Source: an uncultured Verrucomicrobiota bacterium (lineage in GTDB: Bacteria > Verrucomicrobiota > Kiritimatiellia > JAAZAB01). From it: 64,000 nt of DNA. The notes beneath the pieces are model-generated. The model searched no databases. It was not told the DNA's origin and saw nothing but the letters and a program-made list of their open reading frames with translations. A program made the position numbers and the translations under genes. This document shows, piece by piece, positions 27,145 to 36,498 of the stretch. The stretch spans positions 2,679 through 66,678 of the forward strand of contig CAYYWX010000012.1 in the NCBI GenBank assembly GCA_964475405.1, written 5' to 3'. The stretch's first letter is position 1. Every line of letters starts with the position of its first letter.

Positions 27145-28311
27145 TCATATTAAGGGCTTTATGTCGTCAAGTATCCGGAACACGCTGACGGCGCGGACGC
27201 GTTCATGCAAATCAAAGGTCCGGTCGCCGGCATGGACCACGTCAATTGATGAAAGATTCAAATCGGAAAACGCCGACCGCAACGAAGGGGTTACCGCAGG
27301 CGAACTGGTTCTCTTGATTTCAAATCCCCTTCGCACGGTGCCACGCACAATGAGCAGGTCAAGTTCTGCCCCCGAATGGGTTGCCCAGAAGTGGCATTCG
27401 TCTGGTTCCGCACCCAACCTCGCGATGAGTTGTTCCATCACAAAACCTTCCCACGAAGAGCCCATCTTGGGGTGTCCTTCAACATCAACCGGTCGAGGTA
27501 AATTAAGAAGTCCGTGTAAAAGGCCGCTGTCGGCAATATAAACTTTAGGTGACTTGACCTGCCGTTTTCCGATATTGGCATGCCATGGGAGCAGTTGCCT
27601 GACGACCAAGGCGGATGTCAAGATGTCAAGATAATGTCGAATCGTGGTGTCCGCAACGCCAAACGAGCGCGCGAACTCCGAGGCATTCCAGATTTGTCCA
27701 TGATAGTGAGCGAGCATGGTCCAGAATCGCCGCATGGTGCTCGCCGCAACACGAATCCCGAGTTGTGGAATATCCCTTTCGAGAAAAGTCCGCACAAAAT
27801 CACGCCTCCATTCCATGCTTTCAGAATCCGTGCGGGCCAGGAACGAGCGGGGGAAACCGCCCCGATGCCAGAGCCGTTCCAGACAGGATAAGCCTACTTC
27901 TTCCAGAAGAAATCCGGAGAGTTGATAATATGCGATCCGGCCCGCCAAGGTTTCGGAAGATTGCCGCAATAATGCCGGGGCCGCGCTGCCGAGTACCAGA
28001 AAACGCGTCGCGGCGCCGGCCCTATCGGCCAACACCCGAAGGGAAGGAAAGAGATCGGGACGACGTTGCACCTCGTCTATAACGACCAGTCCCTTCAGGT
28101 TCTTCAAAGCCAGAAGCGGGTCTGAAAGTCGCGCAAGGTCCTCGTCGTTTTCCAAGTCGAAAATCGTAGCCGTCCCGGGATAAACCCGGGCAACCAGTCC
28201 GGCCAGCGTGGACTTTCCGACCTGACGGGCGCCAACAATCGCCACCACGGGATGACGATGGAGCAAGCCGCACAAGGCCTCAACAGCTTTTGTTCGTGGA
28301 TTCACGCTCAT
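27145..28311 (-). CDS. Second AAA_14/DUF4143 ATPase
   Basis: GARQVGKST, IDEVQ, LGSA, RGGFP, KSPKVYIADSGL, ELDL..FEIK. Confidence 0.92.
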   Translation of the reverse strand: MSVNPRTKAVEALCGLLHRHPVVAIVGARQVGKSTLAGLVARVYPGTATIFDLENDEDLARLSDPLLALKNLKGLVVIDEVQRRPDLFPSLRVLADRAGAATRFLVLGSAAPALLRQSSETLAGRIAYYQLSGFLLEEVGLSCLERLWHRGGFPRSFLARTDSESMEWRRDFVRTFLERDIPQLGIRVAASTMRRFWTMLAHYHGQIWNASEFARSFGVADTTIRHYLDILTSALVVRQLLPWHANIGKRQVKSPKVYIADSGLLHGLLNLPRPVDVEGHPKMGSSWEGFVMEQLIARLGAEPDECHFWATHSGAELDLLIVRGTVRRGFEIKRTSSPAVTPSLRSAFSDLNLSSIDVVHAGDRTFDLHERVRAVSVFRILDDIKPLI

Positions 28312-28392
28312 AAACTACCTTGAATAATCGGCGATAGCAACCGAATATTCAAGTGATTTTTCAATGGTCACAACTGTCTCTACTGAATTTTA

Positions 28393-28423
28393 GCGTTCGC
28401 GCAGGACAGTCAAAGACCATAAA
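28393..28423. repeat. Direct repeat of the 3' end of the MraY-like gene (matches 30695-30725 at 30/31 nt)
   Basis: gcgttcgcgcaggac(a/g)gtcaaagaccataaa; gapped similarity extends to about 28371 and 30677. Confidence 0.88.
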
Positions 28424-28496
28424 TATGGATAGAATCCACACGACTGCGCAGAATCGCCTGCCGTATCTGGCTCATGAGTTGGTTACGATTGAACAT
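28410..28496 (-). pseudogene. Possible 5' remnant of a third AAA_14-type gene
   Basis: MFNRNQLMSQIRQAILRSRV resembles the pre-Walker-A segment of AAA_14 proteins; palindrome upstream; runs into the direct repeat. Confidence 0.4.
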
Positions 28497-28661
28497 GGAT
28501 TGCTTATATCAAGAAATCAGACCGCAACAAGGAGGAATTTCATGGTGCAAGCATTACTATTTACCTATGAATGTCTTACGAATTAAAAAACACCGTTCCA
28601 TGGCAATTTTCAATCAAATTCTGATTATATTTCATGGTATAATTGCGTAAAAGGCGTAACA

Positions 28662-29078
28662 TCAGTGAATCCATGAATAACGGGAGCTCAGTCGCAACAA
28701 GGCCTGGTCCAACGTCTTTAACGACGCCCCGATCCGATCCGCCAGCTCCAAATACGCGGCATCATAAAAGGACAGCTCATGCATCAGTGCCAAATCCAAA
28801 ATCCGCCGGTAGATGACAACGCCATCCGCGGTATCGGTGCTGATCGGCAATTCACATAACCGCGCCAAGGCATCACGACCTTGATTAATGTCCAATCTCT
28901 TTTTTCGGACTGCCATTGCCAGGACGTTGCTCATTTCATACCAGAACAGCGAAGGCACTGAAATATGGACGCGGCCGGCCAACGCCTGTTCCAACAAATC
29001 ATCCGTTTCCCGGCATTCCGTTTCCATCAACATAACGGACGCCATTGCGGAACAATCCAAAACCCATTTATTGGCCAT
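28662..29078 (-). CDS. vapC: PIN-domain toxin VapC
   Basis: VLDCS, E..NVL, LSFYDAAYLELA, TLD. Confidence 0.92.
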   Translation of the reverse strand: MANKWVLDCSAMASVMLMETECRETDDLLEQALAGRVHISVPSLFWYEMSNVLAMAVRKKRLDINQGRDALARLCELPISTDTADGVVIYRRILDLALMHELSFYDAAYLELADRIGASLKTLDQALLRLSSRYSWIH

Positions 29079-29326
29079 CAGGAACGCCCTTCATTAATCC
29101 ATTTCCGCACTTCGCCGCGCGAAACAGCACGTGTTCGGCGCAAGTTACGAAAATAATCCAGGGCCTCGCGCGCGACGCGCGAATTATCCGCAACGTGAAT
29201 ACTTGTGAGGTGGGCAACAGGTTTGCCCCGGCGAAGAATTTCAAATGTTTTGCCTTTCAGCACATCCTGGAGCAACTGGCTGAAATGCGTTTTGGCATCA
29301 AACGCTCCTATCTGTATTGTTTTCAT
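29078..29326 (-). CDS. Phd/YefM family antitoxin
   Basis: GAFDAKTHFSQLL..V..G...ILRRGKPVAHL; coupled to vapC. Confidence 0.93.
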   Translation of the reverse strand: MKTIQIGAFDAKTHFSQLLQDVLKGKTFEILRRGKPVAHLTSIHVADNSRVAREALDYFRNLRRTRAVSRGEVRKWINEGRS

Positions 29327-29333
29327 GAAAGAT

Positions 29334-29380
29334 ATAATAATTAAACCAACCAGTTTGTCAACCAGTTTATCAGTTAGTCT
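29334..29380 (-). promoter_or_regulatory. TA promoter with AAACTGGTTG direct-repeat operators, probably leaderless
   Basis: TTGACA-16 nt-TATTAT, then 7 nt to the ATG. Confidence 0.6.
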
Positions 29381-29589
29381 TCATTAAATTCAAAAGCGGG
29401 CTACGGCCGAAACCCGAATCCGCCGCACACCGTGCGGCGCTACAGGTTGCGGGCTCATTTCTGTACATAAAATCACGGTAAGTGTAACCTTATGTCAAGA
29501 CAGACATCGTTTTGCATCAACATGCGCCAAGGTGTTGTTGTGGCGTTTAACGATTCGGGGGATCGGAATATGTTGCGACTAGAATTTAT

Positions 29590-29997
29590 TCACGAGACTG
29601 ATTTTACAATTAGTTCAGACGCCCATTTGAAAACCGCGTCAGCCAAACGAACAGCCTCCTGATATTTGTCAGGCGAAACATCCGGCTCGTCTTCTTCGCC
29701 GGGATATCGGAATACGGTTGCATATACGGTTAAGCGGGCTGATTGAATCAAGCAAGAGGTTCGCTCAATGTCGGCAGGGAGCAAATCTATAAGACGCGTC
29801 AAACTATGGACCTTAGGAAAATCAATGTCTCGAAACACTAAGATCGCCTTGACGCTTTTCTCCACGGCTTATTGCGCATGAAAACAAAGCATGCTGTATA
29901 ATCCATCTTTTGGAAGCGGAGCGCTTGCGAGCGCCAAATCTGCTTTGGCATGACGAAGCCAGTCTTCCGTCGAACCGGCCCTTACTTCATGCGGCAT
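29590..29997 (-). pseudogene. HEPN domain protein with a premature stop
   Basis: WLRHAKADL...CFHAQ*AVEKSVKA (TAA at 29869-29871 where Q is expected), KVHSL, FRYP. Confidence 0.88.
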
Positions 29998-30292
29998 AAA
30001 GTTCCTTGCCTTCCTGAAGGATGGTTCGGTAAATAAGTCCGACGTTGTTGCGGTTCCGTTCTAAATCCGACGGCGTAGCAACCAGGAAATCGACCGCGGC
30101 AGGAATCCCAAACATCCTCATATGCAGTTTTTCCGCGGTATCAAGCCGCGGCGTTCCTTCCGGCATAACGACAAGCAGATCAATATCGCTGTTTTCACCA
30201 GTCTCGCCGCGCGATGCCGATCCGAACAGGATGATGCGCAGCGGGTGAAAAACAGCCACGATTCTCTCAACAATCAAATCCAATTCATTCAT
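29987..30292 (-). CDS. Minimal nucleotidyltransferase (MNT) antitoxin
   Basis: IILFGSASRG..SDIDLLV; overlaps the HEPN start; palindrome ATTATGCAT..ATGCATAAT at 30336-30358. Confidence 0.93.
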   Translation of the reverse strand: MNELDLIVERIVAVFHPLRIILFGSASRGETGENSDIDLLVVMPEGTPRLDTAEKLHMRMFGIPAAVDFLVATPSDLERNRNNVGLIYRTILQEGKELYAA

Positions 30293-30422
30293 TTATTTAT
30301 ACCGTAGTAGTAGTGGTTTTGCCGTAATCCAGATTATTATGCATTCCCTATGCATAATTGCAAGTGTTTTTCGGCTTCTGAACTTATGTCTTATGTCATT
30401 ATCTGGAACCTGCGCTTCGCTT

Positions 30423-30667
30423 TCCGCCATAGTCCGCCCCGTAGAGAAACGAAGGGGGGACTGACCGTTCGACCGTATGACCGTTTTACAGTTTAACAGT
30501 CTGCCCTCCGGCTCGTCCCGCCGTAGTCCGCCCCGTGGCGAGACAAAGGGGGACTCGTCCCTCCGTAGCTTCCGAGCGAAGGGGGAAGCTGCCTAGAGCG
30601 TAGGAGGGTTCGACCGTTTAACCGTCCAACCGCCTGCCCTCCGTAGCTGCTTGGAGCGCAGGAGGGT
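30423..30667. repeat. Mosaic of CCGTAGC..GAAGGGGG/GGAGGG REPs interleaved with GACCGTTT 8-mer arrays
   Basis: About five imperfect hairpins, some nested, between gaccgttc/gaccgtat/gaccgttt/tacagttt/aacagtct units. Confidence 0.72.
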
Positions 30668-30676
30668 CTCACCAGC

Positions 30677-31711
30677 CTACCGTCTACCGGATTTGCGTTC
30701 GCGCAGGACGGTCAAAGACCATAAACCCGTCATGGAAACAAGCAAGGTGACCAAAGCAATGATTCCGACATGCCGGAAATCCAATACAAACACGATCGCC
30801 AACGCAACGCCCGCCAATGCTAGGGCGACATACAGCAGGGTAACCGTCTGGTGCGAAAGTCCGGAAATAACCAGCCTCTGGTACAAATGCGAACGGTGCG
30901 CGGCAAACACGTTTTCGCGATTGATCAGGCGGCGCAGGAAAGTGAACACCGAGTCAAAGAGAAACGGCCAGACGAGCAGAACACCGGCAATGATAAAACG
31001 CGGATCGTTATGGGCGGCGATGACGGGCAGAACCGCGAAAGTGAAGCCGAGGAATGCGCTGCCCACGTCGCCCATGAATATTTTTGCCGGAGGCCAGTTG
31101 TGCCCGAGAAATCCAAGGCTGGAAAAAACCAGCAATATTCCAACGACACTCAACAGCGGGTTGTTTCCGATAATTCCGATGATCACCCACCCCGCCCCCG
31201 CCACTACCGCCTGGCCTCCGGCGATGCCGTCAATCCCGTCCATGAAGTTATAGGCATTGGTCAGGCCGACAATCCACAACAGGACCAAGGGCCAACCGGG
31301 CAAACCCAAGCCGAAATTTCCCATCCCGGGAATGATAATTTCTTTCCACGCGCCGAAGGCCAAAACCGCCAGGACCGCGCCCGCGAATTGAAATGCAAAC
31401 CGGACGCGGGTTGACAATGAGCGCAAATCGTCAAGCCAGCTGACGCCCGCGATCAGCAAGGCCCCGACAGTAAACAAGAGCCATTGCCAGGCGTTTGTTT
31501 CCAAAGGCCAGAAAGCCAATGCCAGCCAACTGCCGGCAAGGGTTACAAAAACTATCGCAATCCCGCCGCCGCGCGGCGTGGGGCTCGAGTGCGAGCTGCG
31601 CTCATTGGGAACATCCAGGACGCGACCTCCCAGCCAGCGCCGCAACCCGGCGACGGCGAGGAAGGAAAAAACAAATGCCAATACTGCGCAAACAATAAAG
31701 ATCGTTAACAT
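30677..31711 (-). CDS. MraY/WecA-like polyprenyl-phosphate sugar-1-P transferase (initiating transferase)
   Basis: DVPNERSSH..PTPRGGG, LDD, NAYNFMDGIDG, FMGDVGS, AHRSHLYQ. Confidence 0.95.
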   Translation of the reverse strand: MLTIFIVCAVLAFVFSFLAVAGLRRWLGGRVLDVPNERSSHSSPTPRGGGIAIVFVTLAGSWLALAFWPLETNAWQWLLFTVGALLIAGVSWLDDLRSLSTRVRFAFQFAGAVLAVLAFGAWKEIIIPGMGNFGLGLPGWPLVLLWIVGLTNAYNFMDGIDGIAGGQAVVAGAGWVIIGIIGNNPLLSVVGILLVFSSLGFLGHNWPPAKIFMGDVGSAFLGFTFAVLPVIAAHNDPRFIIAGVLLVWPFLFDSVFTFLRRLINRENVFAAHRSHLYQRLVISGLSHQTVTLLYVALALAGVALAIVFVLDFRHVGIIALVTLLVSMTGLWSLTVLRERKSGRR

Positions 31712-31716
31712 GCTGA

Positions 31717-32709
31717 TTACAGGTCTCCTGCGGTTTTCATTTCGCAAACGGTTTCGCGCCAACCGGCAGACAAATCATACTGCGGGATAAACCCCAACTC
31801 CGCTTGAATGCGCTTGCCTTCCACGGCAATATCTTCCGTGTATTTATCAATCGTCGCCCGGCTAACGGGAGATTGGCGTCCAATCAATCGCATTACATCT
31901 TCAACAATGCCTGCCAAGACCCGCGCCAAACCAACCGGGATAGAAAATTGTGATGGCGGACGCCCCAATGCCGCGCTGATTGTCAAAATTATCTCAGCCA
32001 AAGAATGGAATTGACCGTCCGTAACATTGTATATTTTACCGTTTGCCAATGGATGCTGAACGGCAAGCGTAATCGCGCGGGCAACATCCTTATCATAAAC
32101 CAAAGTGCGACGGTTTTGACCTGCGCCAATCGAAACAAAACGATGTCGCGCCAGCGCGCGCACCAGGCGCTCGTAATTACCCTTTATACGCGAACCATAT
32201 ACCGCGCCAAAACGCAGGACAGTTCCCATCGGCTGGCTATCGGCCTGCCTGGCATTCAGTACTATTTTTTCGGCGGACAGTTTGGTCTGGGCATAGAGCG
32301 TATCGGGGTGCGGCGGCGTATCTTCGGTAATAACGCGTCCATCCGACTGACCATACACGGCAATCGTACTGGTCAATAAAACCCGTTTGACTCCGGCTTT
32401 TATTGCCGCTTCAACCACATTTGCCGTACCGCCCACATTAATTTGTTCATATTTCTCGCGCAATTCTGGAGGAGGATTGACGATATGCAGGAGAGCCGCC
32501 AGATGAATGACCGCATCCATGCCTTGCATGACGGATTGAACCGCCGATGGATCTGTAACATTGCCTATCTGCTCGTCTATGTTCGGCGGAAATACACCGG
32601 GTAACGCTCTATCCAGCGAAAACGTGCGGATGGAATACCCCGCCTTGCATAAAGTTTGCACAATACATGGCCCCACCGCCCCTGTCGCGCCTGTGACAAG
32701 AACATTCAT
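31717..32709 (-). CDS. NAD-dependent epimerase/dehydratase (WbpV-like)
   Basis: TGATGAVG, HLAA, YAQTK, VYG. Confidence 0.9.
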   Translation of the reverse strand: MNVLVTGATGAVGPCIVQTLCKAGYSIRTFSLDRALPGVFPPNIDEQIGNVTDPSAVQSVMQGMDAVIHLAALLHIVNPPPELREKYEQINVGGTANVVEAAIKAGVKRVLLTSTIAVYGQSDGRVITEDTPPHPDTLYAQTKLSAEKIVLNARQADSQPMGTVLRFGAVYGSRIKGNYERLVRALARHRFVSIGAGQNRRTLVYDKDVARAITLAVQHPLANGKIYNVTDGQFHSLAEIILTISAALGRPPSQFSIPVGLARVLAGIVEDVMRLIGRQSPVSRATIDKYTEDIAVEGKRIQAELGFIPQYDLSAGWRETVCEMKTAGDL

Positions 32710-33491
32710 TACCAGAGCTTAATCCCCCACTTCCGGAAATACCGAGCGGCGCTCCGCATAAAAATCAGGCCGAACTTCCATTGTTTATGCGCTGAGCGCT
32801 GCCAATAATGCGTAACAGATGTCGCCGGGCAATACATCGTGCGATGCGTTTTTTGCACCCGCCGGGACAAATCAGCATCCTCAAAATACAAGAAGTAACG
32901 CGGATCGAACCCGCCCACTTGCTTGAGCAGATCGGACCGGCAGAACATGAATGCCCCGCTCATAAAAGGGACGTCGCATTCACGGTCATAACCAAGGTCG
33001 CGCATCTCGTAATAATCCATTCGCCTCCGGAACAGTTTTTGAAGGCGCTTGGGCATGAATCGGCGGAGAAACAAATCCAAAATGGTTGGATAACGCTTAT
33101 TAAGGCCCTGGATTGAACCATCCGGATTAAGTATTTTAGGCGCAACGATTCCAACATCCTGATGCTGATCCATAAACTGCATCAGAAACTCAAAAACATT
33201 CACATCCACCGTCATGTCCGCATTCATAATGACTATATACCGCCCCATTGCCCGGTTAATATTAATATTATGGTTTTCCCCATAACCGGCAATATCCACA
33301 TTGGAGCGGATATTGATTTCAGGGTGGTGTTCCCGGATAAAGGCAAATGTGCCGTCGGACGAATTGTTGTCGAGAAGCAATATTTCAGATTTTACCAGGG
33401 AAGCGGCCGAGCGTAACGACGGCAAAAGCTTCTTCAAATCCGCCAATTGATTCAATGTTACCAAGGAAATGGAAATATCGAGCGCAGTCAT
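32709..33491 (-). CDS. GT2 glycosyltransferase (rhamnosyltransferase WbbL-like)
   Basis: DNNSSDG, MNAD, SGAFM, GGFDPRYFLYFEDADL. Confidence 0.92.
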   Translation of the reverse strand: MTALDISISLVTLNQLADLKKLLPSLRSAASLVKSEILLLDNNSSDGTFAFIREHHPEINIRSNVDIAGYGENHNININRAMGRYIVIMNADMTVDVNVFEFLMQFMDQHQDVGIVAPKILNPDGSIQGLNKRYPTILDLFLRRFMPKRLQKLFRRRMDYYEMRDLGYDRECDVPFMSGAFMFCRSDLLKQVGGFDPRYFLYFEDADLSRRVQKTHRTMYCPATSVTHYWQRSAHKQWKFGLIFMRSAARYFRKWGIKLW

Positions 33492-33497
33492 TGTTTT

Positions 33498-34661
33498 TTA
33501 TAAAACAGAGGCCGATTTTGTCGGTTGCTTTTCTAAAATGTTTTGAAATAACCGGATAAAATCATCGGAGATTTTATCCCAATGATAATTCTTAAGGATA
33601 TATTTTCCCGCAGCGGCGCCCATCTGTTTCAATTCAACCGGATTGTTTAATAGCTTATGCATTCCGCCGGCAATTGCCGGCGCTTCGCACGAAACAATCA
33701 ATCCACCGCCATGCTCGCCGATTGCCGCAAAATCACATTGATCCGTAAGCAGAACCGGACAACCGCAAGCGGCGGCCTCAAGGGCAACAATGGTCATGGT
33801 ATCAAATCGGGACGGAATAACAAAGAGCTCGGCCGCATGATAAGCCCAGCTTTTTTCAGCCCCGAATATGGGCGGAAATATTTTTATGCTATTTCGCATA
33901 TTGAACGCTTCAATTTTACGTTCCAGTTGCGACTGAAACCCACCGTGATCGTTACCGAATATAAGAAGCTGATAATCAGGAAATGCTCCGGCAATAAACG
34001 AAAAAGCCTCCACCAGCAGGTCCGCCCCCTTGATTGGACTAAGCCGGCCGATAAACAAAATGATTTTGCGATTATCCAATCCATAGCGCTCGCGAAACGC
34101 ATTGTCATCTTTAGCGCCAAGCCCTTCCGTGACAATACCATTCGGGATAAAGCGAATTTTTTCTTTTGGAACGTTGAAACGCTTATAATCTTCTATCTCG
34201 CGCGGAGATATGGCAATGACGGCATTCGCATCGAGCAAGATCTGGCGGGTCCACAAAAACCGGAAAATGTGTTTAATCAGTTTTGAACGCCCGTCAATTT
34301 TCAGCCAACCCATGGCCGAGAAAACATAAGGACTCTTATGTTTTCTGGCCGCCTTATGGGCAGTAACATTGATCGGCGACCAATTGCCCGCCAAGTGAAC
34401 AATGTCAAATCTGCGGATATTCTCGTCCAGCCACTTTCCTGCGCCTTCTGGAATCATGAAGCGTTCCGATAAACAAGGCAGCGATACCGCTTCAAGTCCT
34501 TCAATTTTATCAATAAATTCCTGACTCCATCCCTTGGCGGTTGCCAGGATTGCGCACTGATGTCCTTTTTGAATCAGTTGGCGGCTCAATTGATGGATCC
34601 TCTCCATAATGCCACCTCCGGCGACCGGATCCATTGATGAAAGAACATTCAGGATTTTCAT
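33498..34661 (-). CDS. GT4 glycosyltransferase
   Basis: IPNGI, FIGRL...KG, PSRFDTMTIVALEAAACG. Confidence 0.92.
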   Translation of the reverse strand: MKILNVLSSMDPVAGGGIMERIHQLSRQLIQKGHQCAILATAKGWSQEFIDKIEGLEAVSLPCLSERFMIPEGAGKWLDENIRRFDIVHLAGNWSPINVTAHKAARKHKSPYVFSAMGWLKIDGRSKLIKHIFRFLWTRQILLDANAVIAISPREIEDYKRFNVPKEKIRFIPNGIVTEGLGAKDDNAFRERYGLDNRKIILFIGRLSPIKGADLLVEAFSFIAGAFPDYQLLIFGNDHGGFQSQLERKIEAFNMRNSIKIFPPIFGAEKSWAYHAAELFVIPSRFDTMTIVALEAAACGCPVLLTDQCDFAAIGEHGGGLIVSCEAPAIAGGMHKLLNNPVELKQMGAAAGKYILKNYHWDKISDDFIRLFQNILEKQPTKSASVL

Positions 34662-35605
34662 TTCATACCGGCTTTAATTGCTTTATCCGGGCAATTCCTG
34701 ATTGCGCCGCAAATGCTTTCTTTCAGACTGACTTTGCGTTTATAGCCCATGGCGGAAAGTTTAGCGGTCGCATAAGTCAGATCGGGCGGAGAATGCAGGG
34801 GCAACACACGAAACAACAGGCGGAGAAACGTCATCGGCAATCCAATATCAGGTCGAATCAGAGGTTTCCCCAGACATAACCTGACTAACTGCTCAACACA
34901 TCCATAGCGGTTATCGACGTCATCATCATCGGAGATTATATATGCCTCACGACCGGCAATTTTTGGCAAATGGATGAAAAACAAGACGGCTTCAACCACG
35001 TTTTCAACCGCGACAAGATTAATTCTTCTGTTCTTCAACAGCCAGTATGCCATGTGGCTTTGGAATGGTTTAGACAAAATACGGCTGAGCATGAAATCCA
35101 AACCTTTACCGCCTGCCCCGATAATCATTGAGGGCTTGAGGACAACCAGTTCTGTTTGTGAGGGCAGGCCAGATTTCAGCATTTCCTCAATCATCAATTT
35201 GTTCTTCTGATAACCGGGCGATGGACAGGGATTCGTTGTCTCCGATATTTTCCCGCCCCTATGAAATCCACACGCCACGGCAGTGCTGAGATGAATAATA
35301 CGTCGAATTTGCCATTGTTCGGCGGCATTAATAATATTGGCGGCCATCTTGAGATTACCGTCAAAATCGTCTTTTGCATAAGCCAGATTAATCAGTATTT
35401 TGGAGTCGGCAATCGTTGAGACTGAGGTTTCCCTGACTAAATTAGTTTTTACGACGGAAAATGCGCCTGCATCTCCGATATCACCAGGGCTTTCTTCTTC
35501 CCTCATAATCAGGCGAATATCTTTATATCCTTCAAAAATCAGCCTCCTGGCAAGGTGATTGCCGACAAATCCCGCCGCGCCCGCTATCGTTATTTCAGAT
35601 GACAT
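34658..35605 (-). CDS. NAD-dependent epimerase/dehydratase
   Basis: GAAGFVG, HLST, YQKNK. Confidence 0.88.
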   Translation of the reverse strand: MSSEITIAGAAGFVGNHLARRLIFEGYKDIRLIMREEESPGDIGDAGAFSVVKTNLVRETSVSTIADSKILINLAYAKDDFDGNLKMAANIINAAEQWQIRRIIHLSTAVACGFHRGGKISETTNPCPSPGYQKNKLMIEEMLKSGLPSQTELVVLKPSMIIGAGGKGLDFMLSRILSKPFQSHMAYWLLKNRRINLVAVENVVEAVLFFIHLPKIAGREAYIISDDDDVDNRYGCVEQLVRLCLGKPLIRPDIGLPMTFLRLLFRVLPLHSPPDLTYATAKLSAMGYKRKVSLKESICGAIRNCPDKAIKAGMK

Positions 35606-35612
35606 AGTTGTG

Positions 35613-36476
35613 TCAGGGTGTTTTTTTCAACATTGGATATTCCCGCCTGCCCATGCGACCAATATATCCATCGCGCCATCCATATAACAGGCCCAATATG
35701 CTCCGCCATTTGCCACGGCAGGACAATAATATAACGCGCTTTCCAAAATGCAAACCGGCAATCATCTGCGCCAGCAAAAGATGCAAAAAGTTTTTTGCCC
35801 AGCGTCGCTGCAAGAATACCAAATTTCGCGTTTGATAATAAACATATTGCGGGGCGTCATGCCCCCCGGCAGAAATGGATTCCGTATGCCAGACAACGGC
35901 TGAAGGCACATGTCTTATCCGGAAACCTGCTTTATGGCACGCAGACCATAATCATGATCATATCCGAGATCCTTCATTTCATAATAATTCATACACCGTT
36001 GAAAAGCAGGTGACAAGCGCCTTGGCAAAAACCAACCTTAGGAACAGATCCCGTAACACAGGATAGCGTTTATTCAGTCCCTGAATCGCGCCATCTTCAT
36101 TCAGAATTTTAGGAGACACGCCCCCGACCTCCGGATGTTGATCCATATAATCCCGAATTTTGACAAACAGGCTGGGTGAATTCACCGCAATATCCGTGTT
36201 GGAAACAACAAAATACCTACTTGCGCGCGGCGTAAATTCACGTTATAATTTCCACCGTAACAGGACTTGACAGGAATGGAGACCACCCTCACTTCCGAAA
36301 ATGTTCCACAAGATAACTACGATTACCATCTATAGACCCGTGGTCCACCACTAGAATTTCAGCATTGGCCAGCCGGCCGCCGACAACAGTGAAGGAAAGA
36401 GTCTCTCGAGATGATGACGTTCGTTGGTGGAAATCAGTAAAATTGAAACATCTGGCATGGCCGTGGATATAGTCAT
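35613..36476 (-). pseudogene. Chimeric, frameshifted GT2 pseudogene
   Basis: 36476 to about 35950 reads, with several frameshifts, as a paralog of 32709-33491; 35613-35909 is a paralog of the C-terminus of 39174-40124. Confidence 0.85.
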
Positions 36477-36498
36477 CACAGAGCACAGTAGTAAACTG

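Noticed and set aside
29869-29871. Recoded stop (Sec/Pyl or alternative genetic code) in HEPN
   Set aside because: The codon is TAA, which terminates many genes here; a C-to-T nonsense change is simpler
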